Shown: positions 12,101-21,934, counted from the first letter of the stretch. The stretch: 64,000 nucleotides of DNA from Sphaerodactylus townsendi (GCF_021028975.2 NC_059433.1:88722001-88786000); one strand, 5' to 3'. Notes: generated by a model from the sequence alone, not told the origin. Numbers and translations are program-made.

Positions 12101-15100
12101 ATTTATGTTTCCTAAAGTTATCTATTCTAATGACAATTTGGATGAAAAAAAAAAACCCTAGCCTTGCACAAAGCCTATTAGCATCTATAGGACAGATGGG
12201 CATCTTTGCAAATTTGGTTTGATATGCAAAATCACCTTAACTTCCAAAGTGATGTTTATATGGAGTACTCCTATGCTAGTATATGCCTGTTCGAAAAAAA
12301 ATTGCAAAAGGGTAACTCTATTGCAGCAAAATAAAACAGTCCAGTGACATCTTAAAGACTGACAAAATTTATTTCAATATTTTGTGAGTTACAGCTCACT
12401 TTTGAAGACTTACAGTTCACCTCTGAAAATCTTTAAGGTGCCACTGACTTTTGTTTTATTTCTCAAACAAGAATAGTTCATACTTCTACTTTAGTGTAAT
12501 CTTTCAAAGCAAGCATCTACAAAATCAACAACTCACGAAAACAAATGCAATGGCTTTGAAAATCCCACCTTTTGCTAACTGCCAAATTATCAGCACAATT
12601 AAAAACAAAATTGCAGCTGCCAAATTTCTCAACTTCTCAAAGAATAATTGCTCAGCAGACTGGATTTATTAATGATTTCTGCATGGGTCAATGTCAAAAC
12701 CAACCGCATCGTGCAGAGTGGTAAGCTGTAGTATTTCACTCCAAGCTTTGCCCATGACCTGAGTTCGATCCTGATGGAAGTCAGTGTGAGGTAGTTTGGA
12801 TCAAGGTTGACTTGGCCTTCCGTTCTTCCAAAGTCAATAAAATAAGAACATAAGAACATAAGAACTAGCCTGCTGGATCAGACCAGAGTCCATCTAGTCC
12901 AGCATTCTGCTACTCACAGTGGCCCACCAGGTGCCTTTGGGAGCTCACATGCAGGATGTGAAAGCAATGGCCTTCTGTTGCTGCTGCTCCTGAGGACCTG
13001 GTCTGCTAAGGCATTTGCAATATGAGATCAAGGAGGATCAAGATTGGTAGCCATAGATTGACTTCTCCTCCATAAATCGAGTAAAATGAGTACCCAGCTG
13101 GGGGTGAAGTGTAGATGACTGGGGAACGCAATGGCAAACCACCCCATAAATATAGCTGCCTAGCAAATGTCATGTGACATCTCCTCCATGAGTCAGTAAT
13201 GACCTGGTGGATGTACCTTTACCTGTACCAATGTCAAAGAGGGCTACTATAAAAGAGGGCTACTAAGAGGGATACTATAAAAACTGACAATTTATCCCTA
13301 ATCCTAAGAATTCTTCTTTAGAAGTAAGTCCCAAGAAGTTTAGTGCGACTCACATCCACATACAGGTACATGAGGATGAAATTTAAAACCCTTCCAAAAT
13401 TCCAATCTTGATCCTCTTTGATCTGAGATTGCAAATGTCTTAGCAGACCAGGTGCTTGGGAGCAGCAGCAGCAGAAGGCCATTGCTTTCACCTCCTGCGT
13501 GTGAGCTCCCAAAGGCATCTGGTGGGCCACTGCAAGTAGCAGAGTGCTGGACTAGATGGACTCTGGTCTGATCCAGCAGGCTCTTTCTTATATTATTATG
13601 TTCTTATTCAAATGAAGCTACTCTTACCGAAGGTCTTGTGATCCAAAAGCACACACCCATTTAATAGAGTAAAACACTATTCAGTATAAACTTGGAATCC
13701 ACATGATTCAGGGGCAGATGCTGCATTATAAAAGCAGTTGTGCTAGGCAGATTCTGGGGTGCTAACAAGTATACCTTAAGGTTGGTGCAACCCTAAACAA
13801 GTGAATGGTATTACACTGTGAAGAATCCCACTTGCACAATTTTTCATCTATATCTCTTATTCAATGTATGTCAATATGGGGCTGTTGGCTGTATGTTTAG
13901 CTAAAATACATCTTAGGCTCAAACCCTCAATCTTCTATTCTAGTATTTCCACATTAAATATATTACCCAGTATGGTTAATCTTTGTTTGGATTCCTACTA
14001 TGTTTGATACAACATAGTTAACTATGCTAAAGCGCTTAGCATTATCTACACATTTAGGTGACAAACAGATATTTTTTACTTTTTAAAAAGTCCATGGATT
14101 TTAAACTGGATTTAAAGCAAATGCCCTACAAGATGAGCGGTAGTGACCTTGTCCTACATGATCACTGGAATTATTTCCACCCCAAGGCCTTTAAGCTTGT
14201 CAATATGTTATTGGGCACAGGACAACAACAAAACAGAGCTCTGCTCAGGGAATCACAGTAAAGATCAGAGAGTTCTTTTGAACACCACACTGGTTGGGGT
14301 TTTATTAATTAAAAACCTGAATATTCATCATCACAAGCTGAGTGAACAAACTTGCACAAAGGCCTGGCCTGCTGCTTTTAATGGCAAATATCATTTGGGG
14401 CAATCCTAGACCCCCATTTGATTCACGCAGATTACAATTAAAGCCATCTGGAACTCTACATGGCATGCTGAGAAAAGAACTAGTTTCACCAAACAGCAAA
14501 AATGAGTTAAGAGATTTCTTGTAAATGTGAGGGTCCAATTTGTTAAGGCTCAGTAACAACCGATCTTTTGGGACAATTGGAAATATTATCTGATTAAACA
14601 GAAAAAATAAATTGATAATTAAAGGCTTTGAAGGTGAAGGATTGTTAAAATAACATCCAATAGGGAAAGAAGTGTGACTTTTATTAGCAGTAGTTCTAAA
14701 GATCCAATTTTACCTTGGTGGTTAAAGAGCAGGTCATTAAAATTTATTTTTAACTGTTAATATTTGATGCAGATGAAACCCAAAGTCCTTATGGAAAATG
14801 TACTTTGGTTTTCTGTGATTCTTTTTTGTGTCCTTTGTGATGTAAAGCTCTTTAAGTGCTAATAATTTTTTTAAAAAACAGAACTGATCCAGGATGGAAA
14901 CCAGCAGAAGATGTTGAAAAATTGTATAAGTTTTCACTTAGAAAAAAAGAATCACACTCACTATGACATAAACTATTATTTCTGAAAGTTCCCCCTCTTG
15001 GAGCAGCAGTGGTGTAGGAGGTTAAGAGCTCATGTATCTAATCTGGAGGAACCGGGTTTGATTCCCAGCTCTGCCGCCTGAGCTGTGGAGGCTTATCTGG

Positions 15101-18100
15101 TGAATTCAGATTAGCCTGTACATTCCCACACACGCCAGCTGGGTGACCTTGGGCTAGTCACAGCTCTTCTGAGCTCTCTCAGCCCCACCCACCTCACAGG
15201 GTGTTTGTTGTGAGGGGGGAAGGGCAAGGAGATTGTAAACCCCTTTGAGTCTCCTGCAGGAGAAAGGGGGNNNNNNNNNNNNNNNNNNNNNNNNNNNNNN
15301 NNNNNNNNNNNNNNNNNNNNNNNNNNNNNNNNNNNNNNNNNNNNNNNNNNNNNNNNNNNNNNNNNNNNNNNNNNNNNNNNNNNNNNNNNNNNNNNNNNNN
15401 NNNNNNNNNNNNNNNNNNNNNNNNNNNNNNNNNNNNNNNNNNNNNNNNNNNNNNNNNNNGGTAGTCGCTCCAAAATGAAACTAATCTTTCTAATATGCAT
15501 TTGCCAAGCAATAGCATGCTGGGAAACATTTTTAACTGGGCGGCCCTGGGCGACCCAACCCAGTTATTTATCTACCAAATTGGCATCCTGTCCTTTCATC
15601 AAAGGGGAGCATATTTGAGATTCTATGATTGTATCTTGATTACACTCCTATGAAGTGGACTAGACCAAGAGAGACTAAGCAGGCCAAGACGCACACTCTG
15701 TGGGCTCCACAGCAGAGGTGGGGGTTGGAACCAAGGTCTCACTACACCAGCCTGGATAAGAAATGGGAGACTTTGTTTCAAATTCTACTTTAGATTAGGG
15801 CTCATATTAATATAATTATCTCAAGCACCTGTGGTTAGACTACATAAAATATTGAACAGATGAAGGCAACAGGTTAAATCTCATTTCATTTTTAAAGGTC
15901 AACAAACTGTGGTTTTTGTGCAAAAAAGCAATGACTTCCCTTAGACTGCAATACTCCAGCAACACTTTGTTGGCCAATGATAATAAAAAGTGCACCTGAA
16001 AGCATGCTTTACTATACTTGTGAATATTTGCACCATACCTTAAGCGCCTTGCCTAGGTCTTTGAAAATGTCTTAGGCATTCAAACCAACTGCCATGTTGC
16101 AAATTGTAAAACACAAGACTGAAGAAAGTCACAGAAATCTGTTATTTTGCACCCAAATTCACATGATGTGCTGCTACATGCATCTTTGTCTCAGCCTTTT
16201 CTGCCTTTGGCAAAAAAAAACAGGAAAGGCTACAAGCAATCAGTCATAAGCCTCCCAGCTTCAGGAAAAACAACAGTTCTGGCAAAGTAGTTCATAATTG
16301 TCCATCATGTAAACTTTGCAATCTTTCTTAGGCAGAGGCCAGGTGGGGAAGGGGCTACTTACCATTTATTCTGCTCAAAGCTGCCCTCCCATGCTATTTT
16401 TCTCCACATCAGGAGAAAATATGCAAAACTGCATCTCTTTCCCTGCCCAGCACAAATACAGCTGGTGGGAGCAACCAAGGGAAAAGGATTATTCATCTCC
16501 TCCCCACCTCAAGGCTGTAGCTTCACTCAACAGCTTTTCATTTGAAAAGAAATTTGATCAAAGTTATACCACTTATACCAGGGCTCTCCAACCTATGGCC
16601 CTCCAGATGTTTATGGACTACATTCCCATCAGCTCTCCCAATTGCCCATGCTGGCAGGAGCTGATGGTAATCGCAGTCCATGAACATCAGGGGGCCATAG
16701 GTTGGAGACCCCTGACATACATTATATTTGAATCTCAATCAATGCTTATCTACGGAGCAGCTGTGCTATATATCTGAATACATTTTTAAAAATAAAATGT
16801 ATTAATTTTCCACAAAACATTTTAACAACAAAAGAAAAAAAATGCACGAAAAAAGAAAATAAGTTTAAAAAAGAAGTGTGAAAGTGGAATTGAGAAGGGG
16901 AGATAGGAAAAAAACAGAGAGGCAGATTCTAAAGCAGAAGGCCATTCACACTTACTGATCCTGGATGTTTTCAGATCTAAGATAATTCTAGCCAATGCAC
17001 CTGTTGAATTTGAAGGCCTACAGAACTTCTGGAGAGTCTAGAGGAGAGGTGTCCAACTGTGGCACTTCAGATGTTCATGGACTACAATTCTCATCAGCCA
17101 CTGATGGGAATTGTAGTTCATGAACATCTGATGCACCAGAGTTGGACCCCGCTGATCTAGAGTGAAACCCAGTCTGCACTGGTGCCAGTAAGCACCCCTT
17201 TCAGTAAAGTGCATCAGGGAGCTTCTGCAAGCTCCAACCAGTCGAATTGCCATGTTCCCCCTCTGAATCCATTTTACTGTGGTTGATCTGCATATCACCA
17301 TTTCCTCCCCAATGGGGACACAGAGCAGCTCACAGCATCACTTCCCTCTCCTCCATTTTATCTTCACAACACCCACCCTGTGAGATAGGTTAGGTTGAGA
17401 TAAAGATTGGCCCAAAGTCACCCTGCAAGCAACCATGACAAAATAGGGATTAAAACTTATGTTCTTAAACTCAAGTCTGTCAGATGCTACTCTGGCCCAT
17501 ATGTGGTAAGAGCCTACCTATGTTCAACACGCTTGTATTTACATTGACTGGCTTCTGACACCCAATTTTCCAATTATTAAATGCCTCAAACTGACATGAC
17601 AAACCATCCCCTCTAGCAAGATAAAAAGCCCTCAACCCTAAGTTTCAATTACAGGCAGCTCTGCTACAGAACTGCTTCATTTTTTTTTAAATGTCCGGCA
17701 TCCAATAACAGATCCCCTGCCTGATATTCATTTGGTGTGAGAACATCTTGCAAACTGTGTTTTAGGGGGTTTTTTTATGCCTCAGCTGACATACATGCAC
17801 ACAATTCAGGAGGATGCATGTTTGTGCATAAGTGGGCTACAATTTTTGCAAGTAATCTCTTTGGGAAGAATTGCTGCAGATTTCAGTGGGGCACTTCAGA
17901 ACCACAGCCTTGTGGCTTGCACAGTATGCAAACACAACCAACTAATTAGTCAAGCTATCAGGTTCATTAATTCTGAGGCTTGTTAGTTGTAATGGTTAGG
18001 TTTTCACGTACTATGGATTGATATTTTTGGTAGTTAGAATGTTGTGTTATTTGATGTTATGTTATTATTATGCTGTAAAATGTAAGATGCTATTGTACTG

Positions 18101-19789
18101 TTACAAATTGTTACGATGCTGTTATGCTGATATGTGTTAGTTGTTTACAAATTGTTACGATGCTGTTATACTGATATGTGTTAGTTGTTAACCTGAGATG
18201 TTGGACCAGTGTTAGGATTTGTTGTAATTGACATTGCTTTATGCCTATTGTATTGATATGCTGTTATTTACTATGTTGTACACCGCCCTGAGCCCTTTGG
18301 GGGAGGGTGGCATACAAATTAAAAGTCAAATCAAATTAAAAAAATTAGAAATGTATTGGTTTATTTAATTGTACTCTCTTTTCTCTCCAACCGAAACCAT
18401 GAGGCATTTTCGCCACCTCCATTTTATCCTAGCAGCAATAATGCTGTAAGGTAGATCAGGCTGAGGGGCCAGACAGAGAGAGTACGACTGGATCATGATC
18501 ACCCAGCAAGCTTCAGTGGCACAAGTGGGGATTTGAACCCAGATACTACTTTTCACCAGGACACCACCCTGGCTTCACAGGGCAATCCTAACGAGAGTTA
18601 GACGATTCTGACTGTAGTGAGGTTAGGTGTGCAACTCTGCGCTCTCAGACCCCCATGAGTATTGTTTTCCCGGCCCTTCCGAAGCGGCCCCATCATGCCC
18701 CCCCCCCCCAACCATACCTTGCCCGTCCACCCGGTGCACCTTGATCTTCACCTCCGTTCGACCTCCTCGCTCCAGCGGCTGGCTGAGGTAGAGCCGCCCC
18801 GAGCCTCTGTCCAGCTCCACGGGGAAGGAGCCCGCAGGGACCGGGGAGACCAGCTCGAACCAGCTGCCGCCCGCCTCCTGGTAGAGGGCGTCCGGGACGG
18901 TGAAGACCGGCTCTCCGGGCGGCGTCCCGACGGGGATGCGCACTTTGTAGAGGGGGCTGGAGGGCGGCAGCGACCGGGCTCTGCGCGGCGACGGAGCGGC
19001 TCCCTCGTGCCGAGCCTCTCGCCTCCTCTGCCTCCTGCGGACGGCCAGGTCCAGGCGCCTGGTGGGGCTGCGCAGGGGCCGGGGGACGCCGTGGTCCTGG
19101 GCTGAGACCCAGAGGCTGAGGCGGCGCAGGCCCAGCAGGGAGCCCACGGCCAGCACCTGTCCGCTGCGCGGCACCACGAAGAGCCGCTGCTGCTGCTGCT
19201 GCCCGTGGCCGGCGCCGTCGGGCCAGGCGCAGTAAGTGAGGCGCGCGTTGGCGCCTTCGTCCGGGTCCGAGGCGCGCAGCCGCGCCACCTCCGAGCCCAG
19301 CGGGGCCAGCTCGTCCACCTCCAGCGGCACGGCCGGGCACGGCGGGAAGCGAGGCCGGTGGTCGTTGCGGTCCAAGACCCGCAGGCGCAGCAGCACCGCC
19401 CGCCGGGGACCCCGCAGGGAGAGCGTGTAGCCCGGCCGCGCCTCCCTGTCCAGCCGCTCCGCCGTGCGTAAAAGCGCCGCGCCCTTGGACGGCCGCAAGT
19501 GCAGCCAGAAGCGAGAGGCGCCGTCGCCCTCCAGCGCCCACTCGCCCAGCGGCTGGCCCGGCCCGAGCAGCAGGAGCCTCGCCAGCGGCACCCTCAGCCC
19601 CCGCACCCACGTCCCCGGCGGGCTGTTCTCGGGCACCTGCCCGTGGAAGCAGAGCGTGCGGGGGGCAGCTTGGAGCCGGGGGCGGCTGCCTTCCGACGGG
19701 GGCCTCGCCCAAGCCCCTACGCCGGCCAGAAGCAAGAGGGGCAGAAGCCGTCGCCGGGCAAGAGCCAGGCCGGGCACCGAGCCCCTCAT
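1..19789 (-). CDS. Type III (non-chordate-type, DN-cadherin/Hz-cadherin-like) classical cadherin, 5' part of gene (exons 1-10; continues off the left edge)
   Basis: Exons 19789-18718, 10066-9872, 8922-8697, 8053-7849, 6582-6471, 4823-4574, 2994-2852, 1370-1198, 803-635 and 103-<1 join in frame through GT-AG sites with no stops. The product has a signal peptide and cadherin motifs (DRE, DxNDxxPxF, AxDxD). Segments SILSGTRPPQF, AVSFQSQPLSYTL, DSGSNSEVLY, NKPVFTEC and TATDQAQEPLIGVC match recalled Drosophila CadN segments (SIVGGKRAPQF, AKSFADREIRYTL, DSGSNAEIEY, NKPVFKDC, KATDQGDPSLEGVC). Confidence 0.9.
635..803 (-). CDS. Cadherin exon 9 (CAYYSDSTWVLENQPPG...FSIDSDS)
   Basis: tttcag acceptor, gtagaa donor, 169 nt, phase 0-1; this frame is not in the ORF track. 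Confidence 0.92.
1198..1370 (-). CDS. Cadherin exon 8 (GILRLRRNP...NDINNNKPVFTE)
   Basis: cag acceptor, gtaagc donor, 173 nt, phase 1-0. Confidence 0.92.
1995..2277 (+). mobile_element. Sauria-type SINE (diverged)
   Basis: Core ...CTCAGCCTTTCAACTTTCTGAGGTCGGTAAAATGAG... and CCTTTACCTTT tail; homologous to copies at 12706 and 47437. Confidence 0.75.
2852..2994 (-). CDS. Cadherin exon 7 (YRTFLSEDADPG...FELENHR)
   Basis: cag acceptor, gtaggc donor, 143 nt, phase 2-1. Confidence 0.92.
3606..4385 (-). mobile_element. tRNA-derived SINE interrupted by a DNA-transposon insertion (3883-4355)
   Basis: Homologous to copies at 15000, 42600 and 57527; the head resumes after the insertion (tcttaaccattacaccacactggc). 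Confidence 0.75.
3883..4355. mobile_element. Non-autonomous hAT-like element (CAGAGGC.TA terminus)
   Basis: 8-bp TSD TCTTAACC at 3875-3882 and 4356-4363; GC-rich interior. Confidence 0.7.
4574..4823 (-). CDS. Cadherin exon 6 (VLATDCDSGSNSEV...NVNDEAPVFSQA)
   Basis: tag acceptor, gtaagc donor, 250 nt, phase 1-2. Confidence 0.93.
5057..5771 (-). mobile_element. Penelope-like retroelement fragment (GIY-YIG endonuclease C-terminus, inverted pseudo-LTR piece)
   Basis: Minus frame KKSAVAEHVLNKTGQNILFENTEFLD...RLHR*AIEIHKHQDNFNKKE; perfect 43-bp inverted repeat at 5131-5173 and 5729-5771. Confidence 0.85.
6471..6582 (-). CDS. Cadherin exon 5 (VIVHITDENDCSPEF...GTSLLQ)
   Basis: cag acceptor, gtgaat donor, 112 nt, phase 0-1. 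Confidence 0.92.
6921..7058. mobile_element. hAT-type MITE
   Basis: TIRs CAGGGGTCTGCAACCTG / CAGGTTGTAGACCTCTG; TSD GACTAGAG at 6913-6920 and 7059-7066. Confidence 0.9.
7067..7212. mobile_element. hAT-type MITE (related subfamily)
   Basis: Long imperfect palindrome; TSD GACTAGAG at 7059-7066 and 7213-7220. Confidence 0.85.
7849..8053 (-). CDS. Cadherin exon 4 (VAVVEAVSF...VDYE...SSVTE)
   Basis: cag acceptor, gtagag donor, 205 nt, phase 2-0. Confidence 0.9.
8697..8922 (-). CDS. Cadherin exon 3 (GGEERFDVDTDTG...VPENTPAGE)
   Basis: cag acceptor, gtaagc donor, 226 nt, phase 1-2. Confidence 0.92.
9028..9213. mobile_element. SPIN-family (URR1-like) non-autonomous hAT MITE
   Basis: CAGTTGTTCTCAACCTTCCTAGTGCCGCGACCCTTTAATACAGTTCCTC...GACCCACAGGTTGAGAACCACTG matches recalled SPIN/URR1 ends; TSD GTCCAGAT on both sides. 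Confidence 0.88.
9872..10066 (-). CDS. Cadherin exon 2 (DTDWYLCRVV...EISYALIAG)
   Basis: tttcag acceptor, gtgagt donor, 195 nt, phase 1-1. Confidence 0.88.
10588..11094. mobile_element. Non-autonomous hAT element (TIR CAGTGATGGCGAACC)
   Basis: TIRs CAGTGATGGCGAACCT / AGGTTCGCCACCACTG; perfect TSD AACTATGC. Confidence 0.9.
11195..11236. repeat. 13-bp tandem repeat (AAAATAAACCTAT) x3
   Basis: Seen directly. Confidence 0.85.
12706..13225 (+). mobile_element. Sauria-type SINE split by a CR1 insertion
   Basis: Head gtgcagagtggtaagctg...gagttcgatcc; the core resumes at 13080 (gtaaaatgagtacccag) and ends in a tacctttacct tail. Confidence 0.8.
12843..13078 (-). mobile_element. CR1 LINE 3' fragment
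   Basis: (AAGAACAT)n tail on plus; near-identical to copies at 13401 and 47085. Confidence 0.8.
13401..13607 (+). mobile_element. CR1 LINE 3' fragment
   Basis: Inverse copy of 12843-13078; ends ...tttcttatattattatgttctta. Confidence 0.8.
15000..15270 (+). mobile_element. tRNA-derived SINE, tail running into the assembly gap
   Basis: A/B-box-like head gtggtgtaggaggttaag...ggtttgattccc; body shared with the other copies. Confidence 0.8.
15271..15459. other. Assembly gap (189 N)
   Basis: Run of N. Confidence 1.
16579..16714. mobile_element. hAT-type MITE (same family as 6921)
   Basis: TIRs CAGGGCTCTCCAACCTATGG / CCATAGGTTGGAGACCCCTG. Confidence 0.8.
17044..17154. mobile_element. hAT-type MITE (same family as 6921)
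   Basis: Palindromic body; TSD GTCTAGAG/ATCTAGAG. Confidence 0.8.
17985..18345 (+). mobile_element. L2-type LINE 3' UTR/tail containing a 44-bp tandem duplication (18101-18188)
   Basis: Ends caccgccctgagccctttgggggagggtggcata..., the same as the L2 3' end at ~46810. Confidence 0.65.
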
Positions 19790-20000
19790 CCTCGCGGCAG
19801 CCGCACCAACTTCTCCGGCCGCCCAACCTCTCCTGCAGCCACTACTTCGTGGCGGCAGGAGCCGACTGCACGTGGAGGGCGGCCCGGACTCAGCCTCTGT
19901 CTTTAGCCCACCAATCGGGAGAGAGCGGGAGGGGCTGACCAGGGGACCCCCGCCCCCGCAGACTCCGTCCTTCAGCCGTCCCCATTGAAAGAGGCGGCGT
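18700..20000 (-). promoter_or_regulatory. CpG island and promoter of the cadherin gene
   Basis: Very GC- and CpG-rich block over exon 1. E-box CACGTG at 19869-19874, CCAAT at 19911-19915 and a GC box near 19950 lie just upstream of the ATG. Confidence 0.75.
18718..19789 (-). CDS. Cadherin exon 1 (signal peptide MRGSVPGLALARRRLLPLLLLAGVGAWA, two cadherin repeats, furin-type RRAR site, start of next repeat)
   Basis: ATG at 19789 is followed by a hydrophobic signal; motifs LDRE, VLDRNDHRPRF, ASDPDEGAN; donor G|gtatgg at 18718 (phase 1). Confidence 0.88.
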
Positions 20001-20333
20001 GGGATGGGGATGGGTGGGAGGTTGAGCTCTGGATGTTCTGGGAGAACGTGCAGGAAGTCGGGTTGCACCAATGCAACAGCCATCGTGTTTTCTGCTTACC
20101 TTTCGCATTGCCAGGCTGCTGCGTATCCATCGTTCTGCTCTGTTTTATCCTCGCACCGGCTAAGCTCGGGTGAGAACACGACTGGCACAAGAGCAAGCCC
20201 ATGCTTTAGTTGCACCAGCACACCCACCTGCCCCAAAACAAAATTTCTGATCCTTCCGCCTTAGGATTTGCAGAGGTTGATATGCGTATCGATTATAATT
20301 TATTTTTCAAATGTGAAGACTATTATGAAGATA

Positions 20334-21647
20334 CTAGCAGTAAAGCCCATTTTAAATTAAAACAAAATGGGCTCTGGATGGGGGAGGGCAGGCAGGCTGC
20401 CAGCCCCCCTGCTGCTTCTCCCAGCACACCCCCCCCCCAACTGACCTTTTGCTTCTTCCACCAGGTAAATCTTTGCCTTTGTTGTCAAGGAGGTGGTGGG
20501 GGAATGGGGAAGGTGCTGCCTGGATGGGTGGCCAGCTACTTGCCATGGACCCACCAGCACAGCTTGGCTTTTGGGGTGGGGGGGAGACTGGGTGGGCCAG
20601 ATTTTTGTTTGGAGGGCTTGTGCAAGGCATCCTGTCTTGGGGGGTGAGTAAGCATAAGCATAAGCATTTTATTGTCATTGTGCACGCACAACGAAATTTA
20701 CAGCAGCATTCCTCGATGCACACAGTTTCAGACTCATACATCATCCTCACTTTCCCCTTCCTCCACCCATCCCTACACAGCCCCAAATACATCAATATGA
20801 AGCAGCGGAGTTTAGCATAGCCACAGCTCTAGAGTAGAAGCTGTCTCTAAACCTCTTTGTCCTAGTTCTGAGGGCCCTGTATCGTCTGCCAGATGGTAGC
20901 AGTTTAAAAAGAGAGTGTGCTGGATGAGACGGGTCCCTCAGAATATTTTGGGCTTTATTTAGGCTTCGGGCATTATAGATTTCTTCCAAGGAGGGGAGAG
21001 GGCAGCCGATAATCCTTTGTGCAGTGGTGATCACCCTTTGGAGCGCCTTCCTATTCACCACTGTGCAACTGGAGAACCATACACAGATGCAGTAGGTTAG
21101 GACACTCTCTATAGCACAGCAGTAAAAGGACACCAGGAGTTTTCCATCCAGTTGCTGCTTCCTTAAAAGTCTCAGATAGTACAGTCTTTGCTGGGCTTTC
21201 TTAACCACCGCGGCAGTCTATACTCCCCAGGTCAAATCCTCTTTAATCATAACGCCCAGAAATTTAAAACTAGGAGTAGGAGATGGGGGGGGGGAAGGGA
21301 AGACAGGCTGCTCCTGGATGCTGTGCATGCCCCACCAAGGGATGGCTTGGCCTAGGGAGAAGGTAGTCAGGAAATTTCGGAAGTCTTTGCTAGGTCTGGC
21401 GGGGCAACTTGCTGTTTGAGGGGGGAGGGGGGAATAGGGAGGTTTGAGCCAGGCTGGAAGAAGCAGTGAATGGCATGCACTGTCCCACCAGTTTGCTCGT
21501 GGGTCTGGGGAAGGTTGGCAGAGGAGTGGGTGGAATGTCGGATGACCGTTTCACCAATGGGCACACAGGGGTGAGTCCTGCTCGCCAATTGGTGTGGTAG
21601 GGTCGTCATCACAACATTCCACCCCCTTAGCAAATTATGTATCAGGA
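20334..21647 (-). mobile_element. Non-autonomous Helitron-like element (host of the nested Rex1 LINE)
   Basis: Minus strand ends in CTAG|T preceded by a perfect 10-bp hairpin (AGCCCATTTT 20344-20353 / AAAATGGGCT 20364-20373). Candidate A|TC start at 21647; no TSD. Confidence 0.55.
20651..21273 (-). mobile_element. Rex1/Babar-clade LINE, 5'-truncated, with open RT C-terminal frame
   Basis: FKFLGVMIKEDLTW...KKAQQRLYYLRLL...IESVLTYCICVWF...DPSHPAHSLFKLLPSGRRYR...FRDSFYSRAV; AATAAA plus (TGCTTA)3 tail; possible GAGTA TSD. Confidence 0.85.
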
Positions 21648-21934
21648 TTGTTATGTTTGCTTATTTTCTATCTTTTAACTTTTTTCTATATGTCTTTAGT
21701 TGGAAAAATAAAAGTTGTTTGATAAAAAAGGGAGCATCCTTTCAGAAATAGCTTCCCATCAGAAGCGGATATTTGGTTTACAATTTCCCCATGTTTGGTT
21801 AACCCAACTGCCAGCAGTTCTGTCACGGGAGGCAAGACCTGCTTCTCAAACATGCCATAGAGTCAACACATTCTGTTGTAGAACATAACGTTAAAAAAAA
21901 GACTGAATGCTGAATGAAGGTTTTTGCTTGTTTC

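Noticed and set aside
12706-12775. tRNA gene-like A/B boxes
   Set aside because: This is the head of a SINE; the body continues into SINE core sequence and no cloverleaf is evident.
15111-15529. ORFs containing X runs
   Set aside because: Artefacts of the N gap. A hidden cadherin exon is not needed because exons 1 and 2 already join in phase.
18662-19988. Long alternative-frame and antisense ORFs over cadherin exon 1 (377, 174, 147, 135 aa)
   Set aside because: Low-complexity Gly/Ala/Arg/Pro translations caused by stop-codon scarcity in a CpG island; no recognisable domain.
19790-20083. 98-codon in-frame extension to an upstream ATG (the 486-aa ORF)
   Set aside because: It spans the CCAAT/GC-box promoter and would bury the signal peptide; open frames are expected in GC-rich DNA. 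ATG 19789 is preferred.
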